A DNA stretch of 64,000 nucleotides from Phyllosticta citribraziliensis (lineage: Eukaryota), in the NCBI RefSeq assembly GCF_038025025.1, contig NW_027117341.1, positions 124,001 to 188,000 of the forward strand, read 5' to 3'. A program made the position numbers and the translations under genes. The notes under the pieces were generated by a model. It ran no database searches, was not told the DNA's origin, and saw only the letters and a list, made by a program, of their open reading frames with translations. Positions 35,122-47,422 of the stretch are shown here, in pieces. Each line of letters opens with the position of its first letter. Positions within the stretch are counted from its first letter, which is position 1.

Positions 35122-36481
35122 ACGTGCTCAACATCTGTGCCGTCGACGAAACATGGCTTTCTTCTGGCCTCTTTCTTCAAAGGTAAGCACCAAAAGCAAA
35201 GCTTCAGCCCACCAGTCTTCTTTTCTGACCTTCCTTCAGCAGACAGTGCAGTCATCGTCGTCCGGCACTTCTTCGACGACCGGGCCACCAATCTTCGACA
35301 GTGCTCTTCTGCCCGATGCTGCTGTCCATCCGACAGCACTGACTTTTCCTTGGTTCCTTCTTGCATTCGGTTTCGACAGGTCACGAATCTCAACTTTTGC
35401 TTCTGCGCGACACACTAATGCTCCTTCATCACCACGGTTCGGCTTTTGCTTTGTTCCTCCTTCAGGTTTCTCTCAACAATCGGCTTGCGGCTTGGTGTTT
35501 CGGCTTGCATACACCTCCAACCGGGAGAATTGGGTTGAACGGCAGGCGGGCAAACGGGCGAAAAAAAAAGAACAGGTAGAAAAACAGGGCGGCGGTGAAA
35601 AAGACTTCAAAAACATTGGGGAGTGTACGTAGCAAAAGCATCGAAAATGGATATCCTATTTCCGCCACCAGTCGTGCCTTGATTCTTGCACTTGCGTCTT
35701 TGGTAAGGCTCGAGGATGTGACATGCGTCTTCCTGCAGGACAAATGGCTCCCGTTGCGGGCGCTGGGCTGAGAAGACGACCTGCAAGATCCGCATCGCCG
35801 CGCTTGACATGCCGCAAAGCTAACAGACTCAGACCAGCGACAGCCACCATCACCACCTTGATTGCAGATCGCTCGAGCATCGAATGCTCAACAAAAGCGA
35901 CAAGCCGAATGCGCAAAGCGACAGCGCCGGTCGCGCTCAAAAGAGATGGCGGATACACGGCCCGGCGCCACTTCGACGACAACAGCACTTCCACTCTTCC
36001 ACTTCAAGACGCCCCAACCGAAGCGACCGCCCCGTCAGTCGCCAGCACCAGATAGCCAGACGAAGAAATCCGCCCACCCGTCAAACACATCGCATTCGGC
36101 GTCGAAAAGATCCCAGACCATTGGCCACGTCGAGACGCCGCCTCGACCAATGAGAGCGCCGAAGCGGCCGCAGACAGTGACAAGCTGCACGCGCAGCCGC
36201 CGACGCCCGCCGCATGTACCGGCCGCCCCGAAGGTCGGCTTCCGACTCGCGGCCGCTGCGCTCGTCACATACGGTCGTTGGCGACTTTGCAGCGGCGCGG
36301 CGGCGCGGATAGGCGGCGCCGCAGCATCACGCTGACGGACGGACGGCATCCTGGGCGCGCATCGGCTGCTGCTGCTGCGGTGCTACATACTTGAAGGCGC
36401 GCCCGAGTGCGTGCGTGCGATGTGGCTGTTGAACCTTTTGCTGCCTTTGGCTCTTGAGGCCTTGACGCAGGCCCGACAGAC

Positions 36482-37742
36482 ATGTCCCGCGTCGACGCGA
36501 TACGCATCGTGCCGTGGGTGTTTACGTCGCTCGCGGTCGTCGCCGTCTGCCTGCGCGTGTATACGCGCGCGTGGGTGGTGCGGTATTTCTGGTGGGACGA
36601 CGTGACGGTCGTCGTGGCCATGGTGCTGGCGCTTGGGATGCCGATTTTGTGGACGATCGGTAGGTTTTCTGTACTCGTCTTGTGGTGGATTGTGGAGAGG
36701 TGGTTGGAGGCTGATAGCTGACGTGACGCGCAGAGATTCCGTATGGGCTTGGGAGACACTTGCTTGATATACCGCAGGAGGACTGGCCTGTGCATTGGAA
36801 GGTGGGTGGGTTTCTTCGAGCCGCGGTGCAAGGCGTGTCCGTGTTGACTGCCGGGAGACGGTTGTCGAAATTTTGCGTTGAGTTGCTGCTCGAATGCTCC
36901 AAATGCTGACTTGTGAGACTTGCAGCTCCTGTGGATCGTCCTCTTCCCCTACTACTCGTCCCTCGGATTCATCAAAATCTCCGTACTCCTCCAATGTCTT
37001 CGAATCTTCAGCATACAGCGCTTCCGGGTCGCGTGCTACATCCTCCTTTTGACGGTGGCCATCTGGACGGCATGGACCATTGCAAGCGCAATCATAACTT
37101 GCAATCCGGTGGCGTACACCTGGGACAAGACCATCTCGGGCGGGACGTGCAAGAATCAGTCGCCGATTCTGTACACGAATGCCGCGGTCAATATTTTCAC
37201 TGATTTTGCGACCATCATCCTCCCCATGCCGGTTCTCAACAAGCTCAGTCTGGACCGGCGGCAGAAATGGCTGCTGATGGGGATATTTGCCGTTGGCATC
37301 TTGTGAGTCTTGACAGATGTGTCCCGGAAGAGCGAGCCTCAAAAGCTGATTCGTGGGCAGTGCCAGCATCACGTCGATTCTTCGGCTTCAATCGCTCGTC
37401 AACGCAGACGACTTTGACGTTACATATGCGATTGTTTCGACGTGCCTCTGGAGCGTTGTGGAAATTGATGTTGGCATAATTTGCGCGTGCTTGCCCGCCA
37501 TTCGGCCCCTCATCAATCGGATGTGTGGTGAGTTGAGCATGCACAGGAGCTGGCCGTCAGGTTCAACGCCAGTGCCAGCCTCCCGACGCGGGAGCAGCTA
37601 CATTGCGGCCAAACTGTCTCACGGCTCGTCGCGGATTGCAAGGACAGATACGGCAGGATTCGAGACATTGGAAGGTGGAGAGACTGAGCTTGAGAGGTTG
37701 CCATTGTCGCACGCGAGAAGCTTAGAAAGATTGAGCATGTAG
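36482..37742 (+). CDS. Second PTH11-like (rhodopsin-domain) membrane protein
   Basis: LRVYTR...WWDD, IKISVLLQCLRIF, CNPVAYTWD, NIFTDFATIILPMP, WSVVEIDVGIICACLPAIRP. Three introns. Confidence 0.9.
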
Positions 37743-38012
37743 AATGTGTAATGAAAGAGACATCTGAAAGATTTGGTTACTGAGAGGTTGAGGTGAACTG
37801 ACAAGGAAGTCGTCGAGCGCTGGACGGGACGGCGTTCAACGTCCCGCATGTGGCGGTGCGCCACCGCAGCCACCACTCCACCGCCACCCATTGATCTGTG
37901 ACGCCATCTGCTGCACCAACAAGGCCAGGCATCGTCGTCGACATACATCCACCTTCTCCCTGCATCTCGTCCTCTCGCAAACCCTGTTGCCTACCTCTCG
38001 ACCGTCCGCACA

Positions 38013-39206
38013 ATGTCGACCAGCTCGCCTTCTCCTCTTCTCAACCTCCCCGCAGAGATTCGCGAGGAAATCTTCACCCACGTCCTTAGCCCCGCCGCTG
38101 CCCGCATCGAACTCCCCGATGACTACGTCAAGTATCGCTTTCACTTGGACCTGTTTCGAGTGAGCCGACAGATCTACCGCGAAGCCCGCCATGTCTTCTA
38201 TCGCCTCAATACCTTTGTGCGCATCGAGACGCCCTGGCCCGAAGCCAAACAACACATTACGGAGGAGGGGCGGGTTCCTTTGGTAGTTTGTGGCGAAGAG
38301 GCAGAGGTCTTTGGGAATGCGCACCTCTGGGCCGATATCGAACCTTATCAGTACAGTTATCCGCTCGACAAGTCGTGCAACATGGTCCTCTTGTTGGATG
38401 ACCTGCCGGCCTTTTGCAAGATATGGTACTACTCGGACCTGACCCATCCAGGCCTGAATATGCATTTGCGGCTTACGTTGAGACTACGCAATCCACACAC
38501 CACCGACGACAAGGATTCCATATTGCCCAAATCGCTACAACAAAAGCTGTTGGAACCCTTTGCCTGCATCAAGAGCCTGAACGAGACGCAAATAGTTGGT
38601 CAACACGACGAATCCGTTTTTCAAGCCCTACGCGCAGCCCAGGCCATACCAAACGATTCTCCAGAAGAGTGTTTGGAAAAGGCGACTCGGCTGAAAGATG
38701 CTGGCAATGCGGCACTCAAGAAGAATGAGCCCAAGGAGGCGATTCGACTCTATGAAGAAGCCTTTCTAGCTATCCACATTGTCTGCTGCGGGCGGCGACG
38801 GTCCATCTGGGGAAACGCGCATTTCGAGACCATCCTTACCTCTGGTCAGTACGAAACACAACACGGGCAGCTGGTACGGCTCATCCTCCGGGTCAAGCTG
38901 GTGGCAAACACGATGCAGGCACACATCAAGATGGAGAATTGGGACGAAGTCAGATTCTGGGGCATGCGCAGCATACAGCTTCTGCGCGAAAGCATGGGAA
39001 TGGATCCTTATGACGAGGATGATGAGCCCATGCTTGGGTTTGCTGCTGCCAATGAGATGGGCAAGATTTACTACCGGACTGGCCTCGCTTGCAAGTACAT
39101 GGAGGATACTGAGCAGGCGAGGAAGCTGTTCAGAGTTGCAGCCCGCTATCTGCCACACGACCCTCTGGTGGCCAGGGATTTGGCGTCTGTTGCGCTGCGG
39201 ATTTGA
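38013..39206 (+). CDS. F-box-like N terminus plus TPR-repeat protein
   Basis: LLNLPAEIREEIF; ATRLKDAGNAALKKNEPKEAIRLYEEA; GKIYYRTGLA..A.RYLPHD. Confidence 0.8.
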   Translation: MSTSSPSPLLNLPAEIREEIFTHVLSPAAARIELPDDYVKYRFHLDLFRVSRQIYREARHVFYRLNTFVRIETPWPEAKQHITEEGRVPLVVCGEEAEVFGNAHLWADIEPYQYSYPLDKSCNMVLLLDDLPAFCKIWYYSDLTHPGLNMHLRLTLRLRNPHTTDDKDSILPKSLQQKLLEPFACIKSLNETQIVGQHDESVFQALRAAQAIPNDSPEECLEKATRLKDAGNAALKKNEPKEAIRLYEEAFLAIHIVCCGRRRSIWGNAHFETILTSGQYETQHGQLVRLILRVKLVANTMQAHIKMENWDEVRFWGMRSIQLLRESMGMDPYDEDDEPMLGFAAANEMGKIYYRTGLACKYMEDTEQARKLFRVAARYLPHDPLVARDLASVALRI

Positions 39207-40745
39207 ATGGTCTCCGCGAAGGCTGAGCGAGCCCTTGCCTCGGTCGACATATGCACCCAAGCCTTCATGTCCAAGAGTTGATTCATCGTCTTGCCGACTA
39301 GCCTGATGCTGCGCTCCTGGAGATATCACCTCGACTTGTTCACAAACTCAAACTATGTGGAGCCGTGACTCTGCGAATGACTGGAACACGCAAAAAGAGT
39401 CTTTCGGGGCGCTGTCTGGACATGTTTCGCTCAAAACAACGCAGGGGAGATTGTCTTGGACGCAAAAGATGTCACGGGCGATATGGTTGATAAGTACCAT
39501 CAGTCCTGCTATTCCGCATTCCTTGGGTATCTTTCCTCGACTCACAGTAGCAAGACCGACGAGGCTTGGTGCAAAAGGCCGTGGCACAGAACAACGTCAT
39601 CTACCAAGGCGCGCATCCAATCAAATTCAGGGACGACCCGATGATATTCAGTCTTCTTCCTATTTATGGACGCTGTCATTGCGACCGTTTCCAACGCGCC
39701 TCGGATGCTCCCGTCAGTTGTGCCAGGGTCCATTTGGATGTTACCAAGGAACTTGGTCAGTGACAATGTCGTCCTTTGTCCAAGTTGACACTGTAAGGAC
39801 CAAATTAGACCTCGAATCGACTTATTCTCTACATTATAATCTCGACCAACGACTTTGAGACATCCCGCGTGATCCTTTGGTATCGCACGTTTCAATATCA
39901 ACGTCACACGCCAACATTAAATCTGGACTGCTGCGACCGAACCATTGGTTGTTTGAAACTCTTGGAATTGAACGAGTACTCGAATTCATGACAAGGCCCT
40001 TGCTTGGACACAGTCCGCGCCTCCACTGTCAACCCGGCGAAAAGTCTGCCCGTGTCATGGCACTACTGGATCGTTGCATCAGTGCCGGGTGACCTCAATA
40101 AACCCAATCTGTGGACGGTTCTGGTGTGCGGTAAGGACCCGAGACATTTTTGAAATTCTTGAATTCGCTAAAGAGAAGATGCCTCACAATACCAGTCACC
40201 TTTCAAGTTGAAGTAACAGCGTGCAATGGACCGGTCCAAGTCTAGAGTGTTTAGAGCAAATCTCGGGGCTGACTCGGGTACCCTCAGGAGGCAACCGTTT
40301 GCCATCGACTTCTTGTTTCGGCGGCTCCCCGCTCAAAGAGGTTGAACAAAGCCACATGTGTTTCACAGAGTAACAGATTCTGTGCCGCCGTGATGGGCGA
40401 TTTTCCATCTTTTGGCTTCATTCGCGACGCATCTTGAGCAAGGCTGTCAGCCGCTTGTGCTTCAATTTCCTATCAAGTGCAAAGCCTCCAGAATCAACCT
40501 TCGTCTTCGAGAGGCTGCCTAATCGAGCAGGGTTAACGAAAGCAGTCTGCCCTGTTGTGTCACGATCAACCGGCCTACTGCAGTGCAGCTGCCACGATGT
40601 TTCTTGGTCGTTACGCAAGCCGTCCCTGGCAACGATGATTTCCTTTTATATTCTTCACCCGTATCCCGGGGCACTCTCAACATCTCTCCATCCAGATTCA
40701 GGCACTGGCCCTTCACACGACCTTCTTGCGGCGAAAAGTACTGAC

Positions 40746-42082
40746 ATGATCGAATTACTCGTGCTTGCTTTGGTCGCCTATGGAGGAGCAGGTTATTCCC
40801 AATCTCCCTTTCAGACTTCCAAGGCTGATTGACAAAAGTCCCGGCAACTGCGATAAATGGACCCCCTGAGTACGCGAATCCAACAGTACAAGGCCTGGAT
40901 ATCAACTCGATTCTCCAATGCAACAATGAATTCATCCTATTCAACAGCTCTTCGAGAGACTGGGCGCTTAGCCACCGTTCCGAGTTTACGGGCACGCCAA
41001 ACGTCGTCACCAGCATAGAAGACCACTTCCACTATGTGACGTCAATTCCCACGGCGCCCGTCACGACCCTCTGCGATGGAATCACTCGAGCAGGGAAAAG
41101 GCGCATCGCAACGCAAATCTCTGTCACGACTATTACAACCACCGTGACTCCTGTCAGCAGCGTGGTCGAGCCTTATACGGGTAGCACGCCGACCTGCTCA
41201 TTGAATGCAGACGCCTGCACGAGCATCGCCGACTACCAGGCCTCGCTCTTCCCGAGCTCCACGCTCGACGTCGATTGCAGCATCCCCGTCACATACACGC
41301 GCTGCGCCGCATGTAAAATCTACGCCCCCTCGGCCACGCTGTACCACTGGCACGCCGAGCCCACCGAGCCCTGCAACGCGGCGTCGTATGTCGGCCCTGA
41401 CACCTCGCCCACAAGCAGCAGACTCATCACCGCCGAACTGCCACCCGGCCGCACGCTCACATCGCCCAGCCTGTACCTCTCCTTCCCCACCGTCTACGCA
41501 TACAACTACGCGCTCAACCCGGCCGCCGGCCACTGCGGCAGCGCGCCCTCGCCGACCGTCAGCGCCGCTCTGGCCGGCGGCGTCAGCAGCGGGCCCGGCA
41601 CCAACGCGAGCGAGTCGATCCCGCTCTTCGCGGCGCCCCCCAGCGCCGACGGCACCATCGTCGCGCTGGACCCCGCCGAGGTGTCTTCGCTGCGCGGCTT
41701 CCACGGCACCGCTGGCGTCTTCCCCTTCAACACCGACGACCTAGCGCACGTCACGGCGTACGTCGAGACGACGGGTGCGAACGGCGCCATCACCACGACC
41801 AGCACGCCGCTCCCCGTCGTCCCCAGCGCCGCCTACTTCCACACCTGCGTCGGCGTGCCCAATGTGGCAGTTTGTGGTGGAGAGACCATCTTTGACGACT
41901 ACCAGCCGACGCTCGCGTGGCCGACGCAGCGGCTGCGCGCCCTCGATGCGGGGTGGCTCAAGTGCGTCGTCGGCGAGGGCGACGGCTCCGGGCTGGTTGT
42001 CGTGTTGAGTGAGTTGACGGGCCGGCCGGCGTTGCCGACGACGCTGTATGGTGGTGCTGTGGGCACGGGGTCGGGAAAGTGA
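40746..42082 (+). CDS. Secreted Ser/Thr- and Cys-rich hypothetical protein
   Basis: Signal-like exon MIELLVLALVAYGGA, intron ~40792-40838, then TLTSPSLYLSF..CG..DYQPTLAWP..LDAGWLKC. Confidence 0.75.
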
Positions 42083-42359
42083 GGTTGTTCTGTGCAGGCG
42101 AGAAGTGAGTGCAATTTGAGAGGTACCTATGTACTGTAGCAATGAAAAGGCAGGCCGCGTTCTCCAAACACTTTCCGCTGCGCCGTCCTTGCAAGAATGA
42201 GTCGTGCTGCGCGCTGCATCCAAAGCCAACCAACATCCCTTGACCAATTCTTTCTTTCCCTGTTGCTCGTTCAATCTCTTGAGAAGAAATGCCCGATTCC
42301 AATAGCACGCCCCACCCCTCCATCCGTCTATCCAATACAAAGAAAGAAAACCACCACAC

Positions 42360-43392
42360 TCAACGCCCCCCCTCCTCAGACGAACCCTCATCCAACCACT
42401 CCTCAATCCCCTTCTCGCCCAACTCATCCAAAACGCCATGCAAAACACAAAACGCCTTCAACGTGGCGGCCGAAACCTTGGCCCCGGGCTTCAGCAGCAG
42501 AGCAAAGCGCTCGCACAGCTGCCGCAGCGGCCGCTCAGCCAGGATCTCGTACAGCTGCGCGTGGCGAAGGTTGAACAGCGCGTGCGCGCCGTCCGCGACG
42601 GTGATGGCGTCTTGTTCGTCGTGCGTGGTCGGGTACGCGGCGTCGGCGAAGGGGCCCATGAGCGGCAGCGTCGGCGAGAAGGGTGTGTCGCCGGCGGCAG
42701 CGGCGGGCGCGAGGAGCCGCGTGTCTGGGGGCAGTGGGGGCAGGACGCGCTCGCCGGCGAGGCAGGCGAGGGCGAGGATGTCGCGCTGCGTGCTGGGGTA
42801 GGTGGAGAAGGGGGATGGGCCGGCGTTGGCGTAGCCGGGGGCGTAGACGGCGGTGATGGCGCCGTGGACGGAGAACATGAGGACGGCGTGCTGCGGGCCG
42901 GTGTACAAGGGCGTGCCGACGAGGACGTTGGAGGGCGCTTTCGTGGTTTTGTCTCCGATGGCGATAGTGACGTCCTTGGATGCGCCGATGGGCAGGATGG
43001 CGACGGCGCCGACGAGCTGCTTCAGCGCGCCGCCGAAGTACTCGAAGCGAGGGTCGTCTCGCACTTCGGGCAGCATATCAGCCGTCATGACAGGCGACGG
43101 GGGCGGCTTGACGTAGTCGTCATACATGGCGAGCAGGGCTTCGCGCACGTTGGTGAAGGCGTGCGAGACGGATCTCCTGGAGCATAAAAACTCGTCGCTG
43201 GCCATATTGGTGCTCCAGCAGCTCCGGGACACGAGCAGGAAGATTGCGGCCTGTTCAAATTCTGACAACTCTTCCGTTTCGACGAGGCGCGCGTCGCTGT
43301 CGAGATGTGCGAGCTTTTTTGCTAGCTCCAAGATTTGGTACGTGTTGACGCCGTAGAAGTCGTCTCCAATGTCAAAACCCTTTGCGTCCATG
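42360..43392 (-). CDS. Hypothetical protein (~340 aa)
   Basis: Long ORF with coding-like codon bias from MDAKGFDIG. No motif recognised. Confidence 0.65.
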
Positions 43393-44185
43393 ATTGTCCT
43401 TGGGTCGCTGTTGGGGAGGCGGATGGTGAAGAAGGGTCTGCGACTGGATAGGATGTGTACATGTAGCTGGCCGTTTCTTAGGGAGAAAGAGCGATTTTGT
43501 GTTGCGGGAAAGAACCATAGCAGAATATTCACACTTCAAAAGCTTGTAGTCAGTACTTTCCCCAAACGAATTGTGCTCCCCTTCTCATCGTCAGGGGCTG
43601 AAGTACTTCTCAACATGTGAGCTTTGAATTTCATGGGCCGCATCTCCAAAGGGATTTAGTGGTGCAGTGCATAAGTCACACATCCAGGGGCTTGGCCATG
43701 AGTAGAAACCTTCTCCAAATGGCAATGACTTCCGAGGCCGGCCTCTTGGTAAATGAGACAGATAACCTTGGTTCCAAAAGGCCATCTGCACTGTTCTGGG
43801 GGAAGATAATTTCGAGCGCCAGGGCTTGGTCAATGATCTTGCCGCTCCATTCACGAAATCACTTCACTAGGTGATAGCCTTTCCAGATTCTCAGAAGAGT
43901 CGAAGGGCAGGAGAGAAAATGACCACACACCATTCACCTTTCATAGGGGGAACACAAAAGACGGGAAAGCTGGTTCGCGCGCGAGCAGAGCAAGATACAA
44001 GGGCCGCGCACCGACGACATAATCTTCCTCGGCAGGGCACACGACGCCGTTGTCGAGGGTTGCTATTTTTCTGTCGTGCTGGCCCGAGGTGACTGAAACT
44101 CTGCACCCGCGTTTGTTTCCTGGACGGACTACCGCCGACGCTTTTGTCAAGTCAATCCAACCAGCACATTCTGCCCTCGGCAGCC

Positions 44186-44961
44186 ATGATGGCGGAAATG
44201 GAGGACAACGACGAGGTACGTTTGAGCTGCAGGACTGCTCGACCGACGGCGGGTGGGGTGGCCCAGTAAAGGGACGCTCCCGTCACCAACACGGGCAGCT
44301 GGTGTTTGCTCGCTGTCGCTCCCGTCGAGCCTCATCTCTTTCTCTTGCTCTCGACTGACGCACCGCGTAGCTAATCAGGAGCGACGCTCTCGACGCCGAC
44401 AGCGCCATCGTCCCGCCCGCTCAAGCCGGCAGCCAGGAAAACGGCGACAACGAGAAGGGCAAAGGCAAAGCCAAAGACACCAACAGCGACAGCGACTCTT
44501 CCGACGAGAGCTGGACCGAGATCGCTGCGCCAGACCCCGCAGCCAGCTCCGCCGCCACACTGCGCGCCTACTTCAAATCGCAGGAAACCGCCATCGCCGC
44601 CGCCATCGCGAAGGGCGACCGCGCGCGCGCCAGCAAGCTCGCCATCAAGGCTCTGCGCGGCCCGCCCGTGCTCCCGCTCTACTACCGCTGCAAGTGGGCG
44701 GCGTACCTGGCGCTTTTGCCGGAGACGGCGCTGCACCTGCGCCGCTACTACGTGCAGCAGTGGGCGGCCAGCCTGAAGCGCCTGGAGGAGACAACCGACA
44801 ACGTGCGCTACGTCCGCGAGGCCGTCGTTCCTGACGACGTGCAGCCCTTGGCCGAGGAGTACAGCTTCCTTGCCACGTGCCGCGAGCTCTTGGACGAGTG
44901 TCTGGAGAAAGTTGACAATGCGGAGCGCCGCATCCCGGCGATCCGTCCGCTCAATCGGTGA
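44186..44961 (+). CDS. Small hypothetical protein, 'P.LPL..R' family copy A
   Basis: Exon 1 MMAEMEDNDE, intron GTACGT..CTGAC..TAG, exon 2 ...IAAAIAKGDRARASKLAIKALRGPPVLPLYYRC. Confidence 0.7.
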
Positions 44962-46049
44962 GTGTTGAGGCGTCAAGGAAAGAGATGACTGGCTAATGAA
45001 AACGAAGCAACTCGAACGCTTGATGCCTGAATGGCTTTTTCCGCAAGACTCGCGAGTCGACCTGGCTTGAGGGAACGGTAAAGGAAATCGGCGAAAGAAG
45101 GCTGGCAAAAGAGCACCAAAAAGGACGATCGACGAAAAGGAAAGCTGGAAGACGTGCAGGTTGAAGGAATGAAGACTGGAGAGGCTTGGAGACGATTCGC
45201 GGCGTTCCATAGAGCTCCACAATCCACGGTTCTTCAACCTTCTCTTCTCAACATCGTGCACCCTCAGAAGTGGGCAAAACTCGTGGCATCGGCCGAAAAG
45301 ATGCCTCAATCAAAGACAACTGGAAGTAGGAAAAGTCAACGAGAGATGAAGAGGGTTGAAAAGAGTTGGAGAAGCAATGTCGGGCCGGAGCAGATGTAGT
45401 CAAAAGACTCTCTGGTCAAAGCGTTAAGCGCAGCCAATCGGCGATATCCGATGTTTTAGCGTCAGATTCCCCAAGAACAACCACTCACGTGTTTCCTCTG
45501 CATTCGGCTGAAAGCCAGTAGACAGAAATGCAATACAGATGGGACATAGATATCGCTTCCGAGAATTGAAGGAGGAAAGCCCTTGCTTTTCATACAGCCC
45601 GGAGTGCAAATGTCTGCAGCACAACTTGAGAGTCCTATTCGGACTGTCAAGGCAGGACTGACAACGGAAGAAGAGTAGGAAAAGAACTCCAAAAGCAAAT
45701 CCGCGATTTCAAGGACGAATTACTGCTGCAGCCTGATCACTATGAAAGGTTTATCTAGAGCGCCCACACTCAAACACCGTGAGAACTGTAAAGTGAAGGA
45801 AAGCCACAGTAGTCTAACAGTGTTCTTGTTCCAAGAGTATACGCGTCCATAGTTGGAATTTAAACAACCAGAAGAAAGCCAGTGTCTTCCGGCAGCTGCT
45901 CAAGAGCGTGGTAAGCCGCTTGACAGCATAACAATCCAATTCACGGCAGAAGTCGTCGCGCGACGTTCAGGACGAAAGACTGCCTGCCAGCTCACTGCCC
46001 TCTCATTTCGAGTCTGCCAACAGTCTTTGATATAGTAAAAGCGCCTCTC

Positions 46050-46522
46050 TCACGCCACAGTGGCATCCTGCCCCACACTCTCCCCATCGCCATCGCCCTG
46101 GTCCTGCGCTTCCTCCTTCGCCATGAGCTCCTCCACAACCATCAAACCCTCGCACAAATCGGCAATGCGTTCATCCGCCCCTTTACTATTCTCGGGATCC
46201 TCCAATCATCAGCTGAGCCCAGCTTTTCCAAACCCCACCGCAACACAAGCAATGCACCCACCACATCTGCATTCTCCCGCATCGCGTCAATCGCCTCGAC
46301 GCACTTGTCACAGTGGTACCGCACGTGGCACGCGCAGCCGAGAAACGAGGCGAGGCAGCATTCATACAGCGCGCGGAAGAAGAGTGGGAGGGTGGGGTCG
46401 AGCAGCGCGGCCTGGCTGAGCGAGGTGGCGCGCGGCCAGTCTGCGTCCTTGATGGCGCTGGCGATATCTTCGTCTGCGGCGACATGCGCCCGGAATTCGT
46501 TGGCTTGGGCTGGGGTTGTCAT
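46050..46522 (-). CDS. Small hypothetical protein, 'P.LPL..R' family copy B
   Basis: IASAIKDADWPRATSLSQAALLDPTLPLFFRA. A 62-nt intron restores the acidic tail DPENSKGADERIADLC. Confidence 0.65.
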
Positions 46523-46792
46523 GGTGGTGGGTGCTGCGGTTGAAAGTGTGTGAGGGTACTGGGTGCTGGGTCATTGGGGGTGGGTTGGCTGTGTTGTGTG
46601 GGAGTGTGTGCGGCGGGCAGTTGCGACGTCCACCTGTACATCGCTGCTAGCATTTGCATGTCGTACCTCTTTCTACCAGTCCCGCGATACCATTTCACCC
46701 GGGTATTTCACACTCATGAATCCACAAAAAAAAAAAAAAATGGAAAGAAAGAAACAGAAGTATTCCCCAAGCGGCGGCGCAGCCGCCGCGCG

Positions 46793-46903
46793 CTCCATGC
46801 TAACCTTTTCTATAGGATGGCGCGTCGCAAGCGCTACTATTTTTTCGGATGAAGAGTAGCGTGATCTAGCTACATGAGGGTTCTGGTGATGCTGGGGGGG
46901 GTG
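46793..46903 (+). repeat. Inverted duplicate of the EF-3 branch point, 3' splice site, last exon and proximal 3' UTR
   Basis: Matches the reverse complement of ~47380-47494: first ~42 nt identical, short altered core, then a further ~39 nt identical. Confidence 0.95.
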
Positions 46904-47422
46904 GTCGACAGCGGTCCCTCGTTAGAGGGACCGCTTGGAGACTGCAGTGAGCACTGGGTTGGAGTGGGTTGGAGCTGAGGGTTATCAGTGGCTGAAGGAA
47001 AAGGAGGAGTACGGATGTTTGAGGTTGTGTTGTGGTGGAAGAGAGTCGTGGAGAAAGCTGGATCGAAGCAATCTGGAGGTTCTTCCATGAACTCCGCCTG
47101 GCAGGTGACTAAGCGCTCATGAGGTGCTGCCGGAGTTTCCCCGTTTGGGCGGGTCACGTGTTGGGATATCAGAAGGAATGAATCACTCGTCTTTCAACAT
47201 TGATCCATAGACTCGGGGACAGCAGAAATAAAAGGGCATCACTTTTTGATTCCGTCTATCATAGCAGGTCTTGTTTCCTGCTCTATCAGATTATCCTTAC
47301 GAGCGCCAATGGGAAAAACTCGTCAAAAACCTCGTTAACCGAATGCATTCTTTCCAGAACTCGAAAACCACCAGAAATTCACCTCCCCAGCATCGCCAGG
47401 AGCCTCATGTAGCTAGATCACG

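Noticed and set aside
39340..39900. Possible decayed gene fragments
   Set aside because: Protein-like patches but no recognisable family
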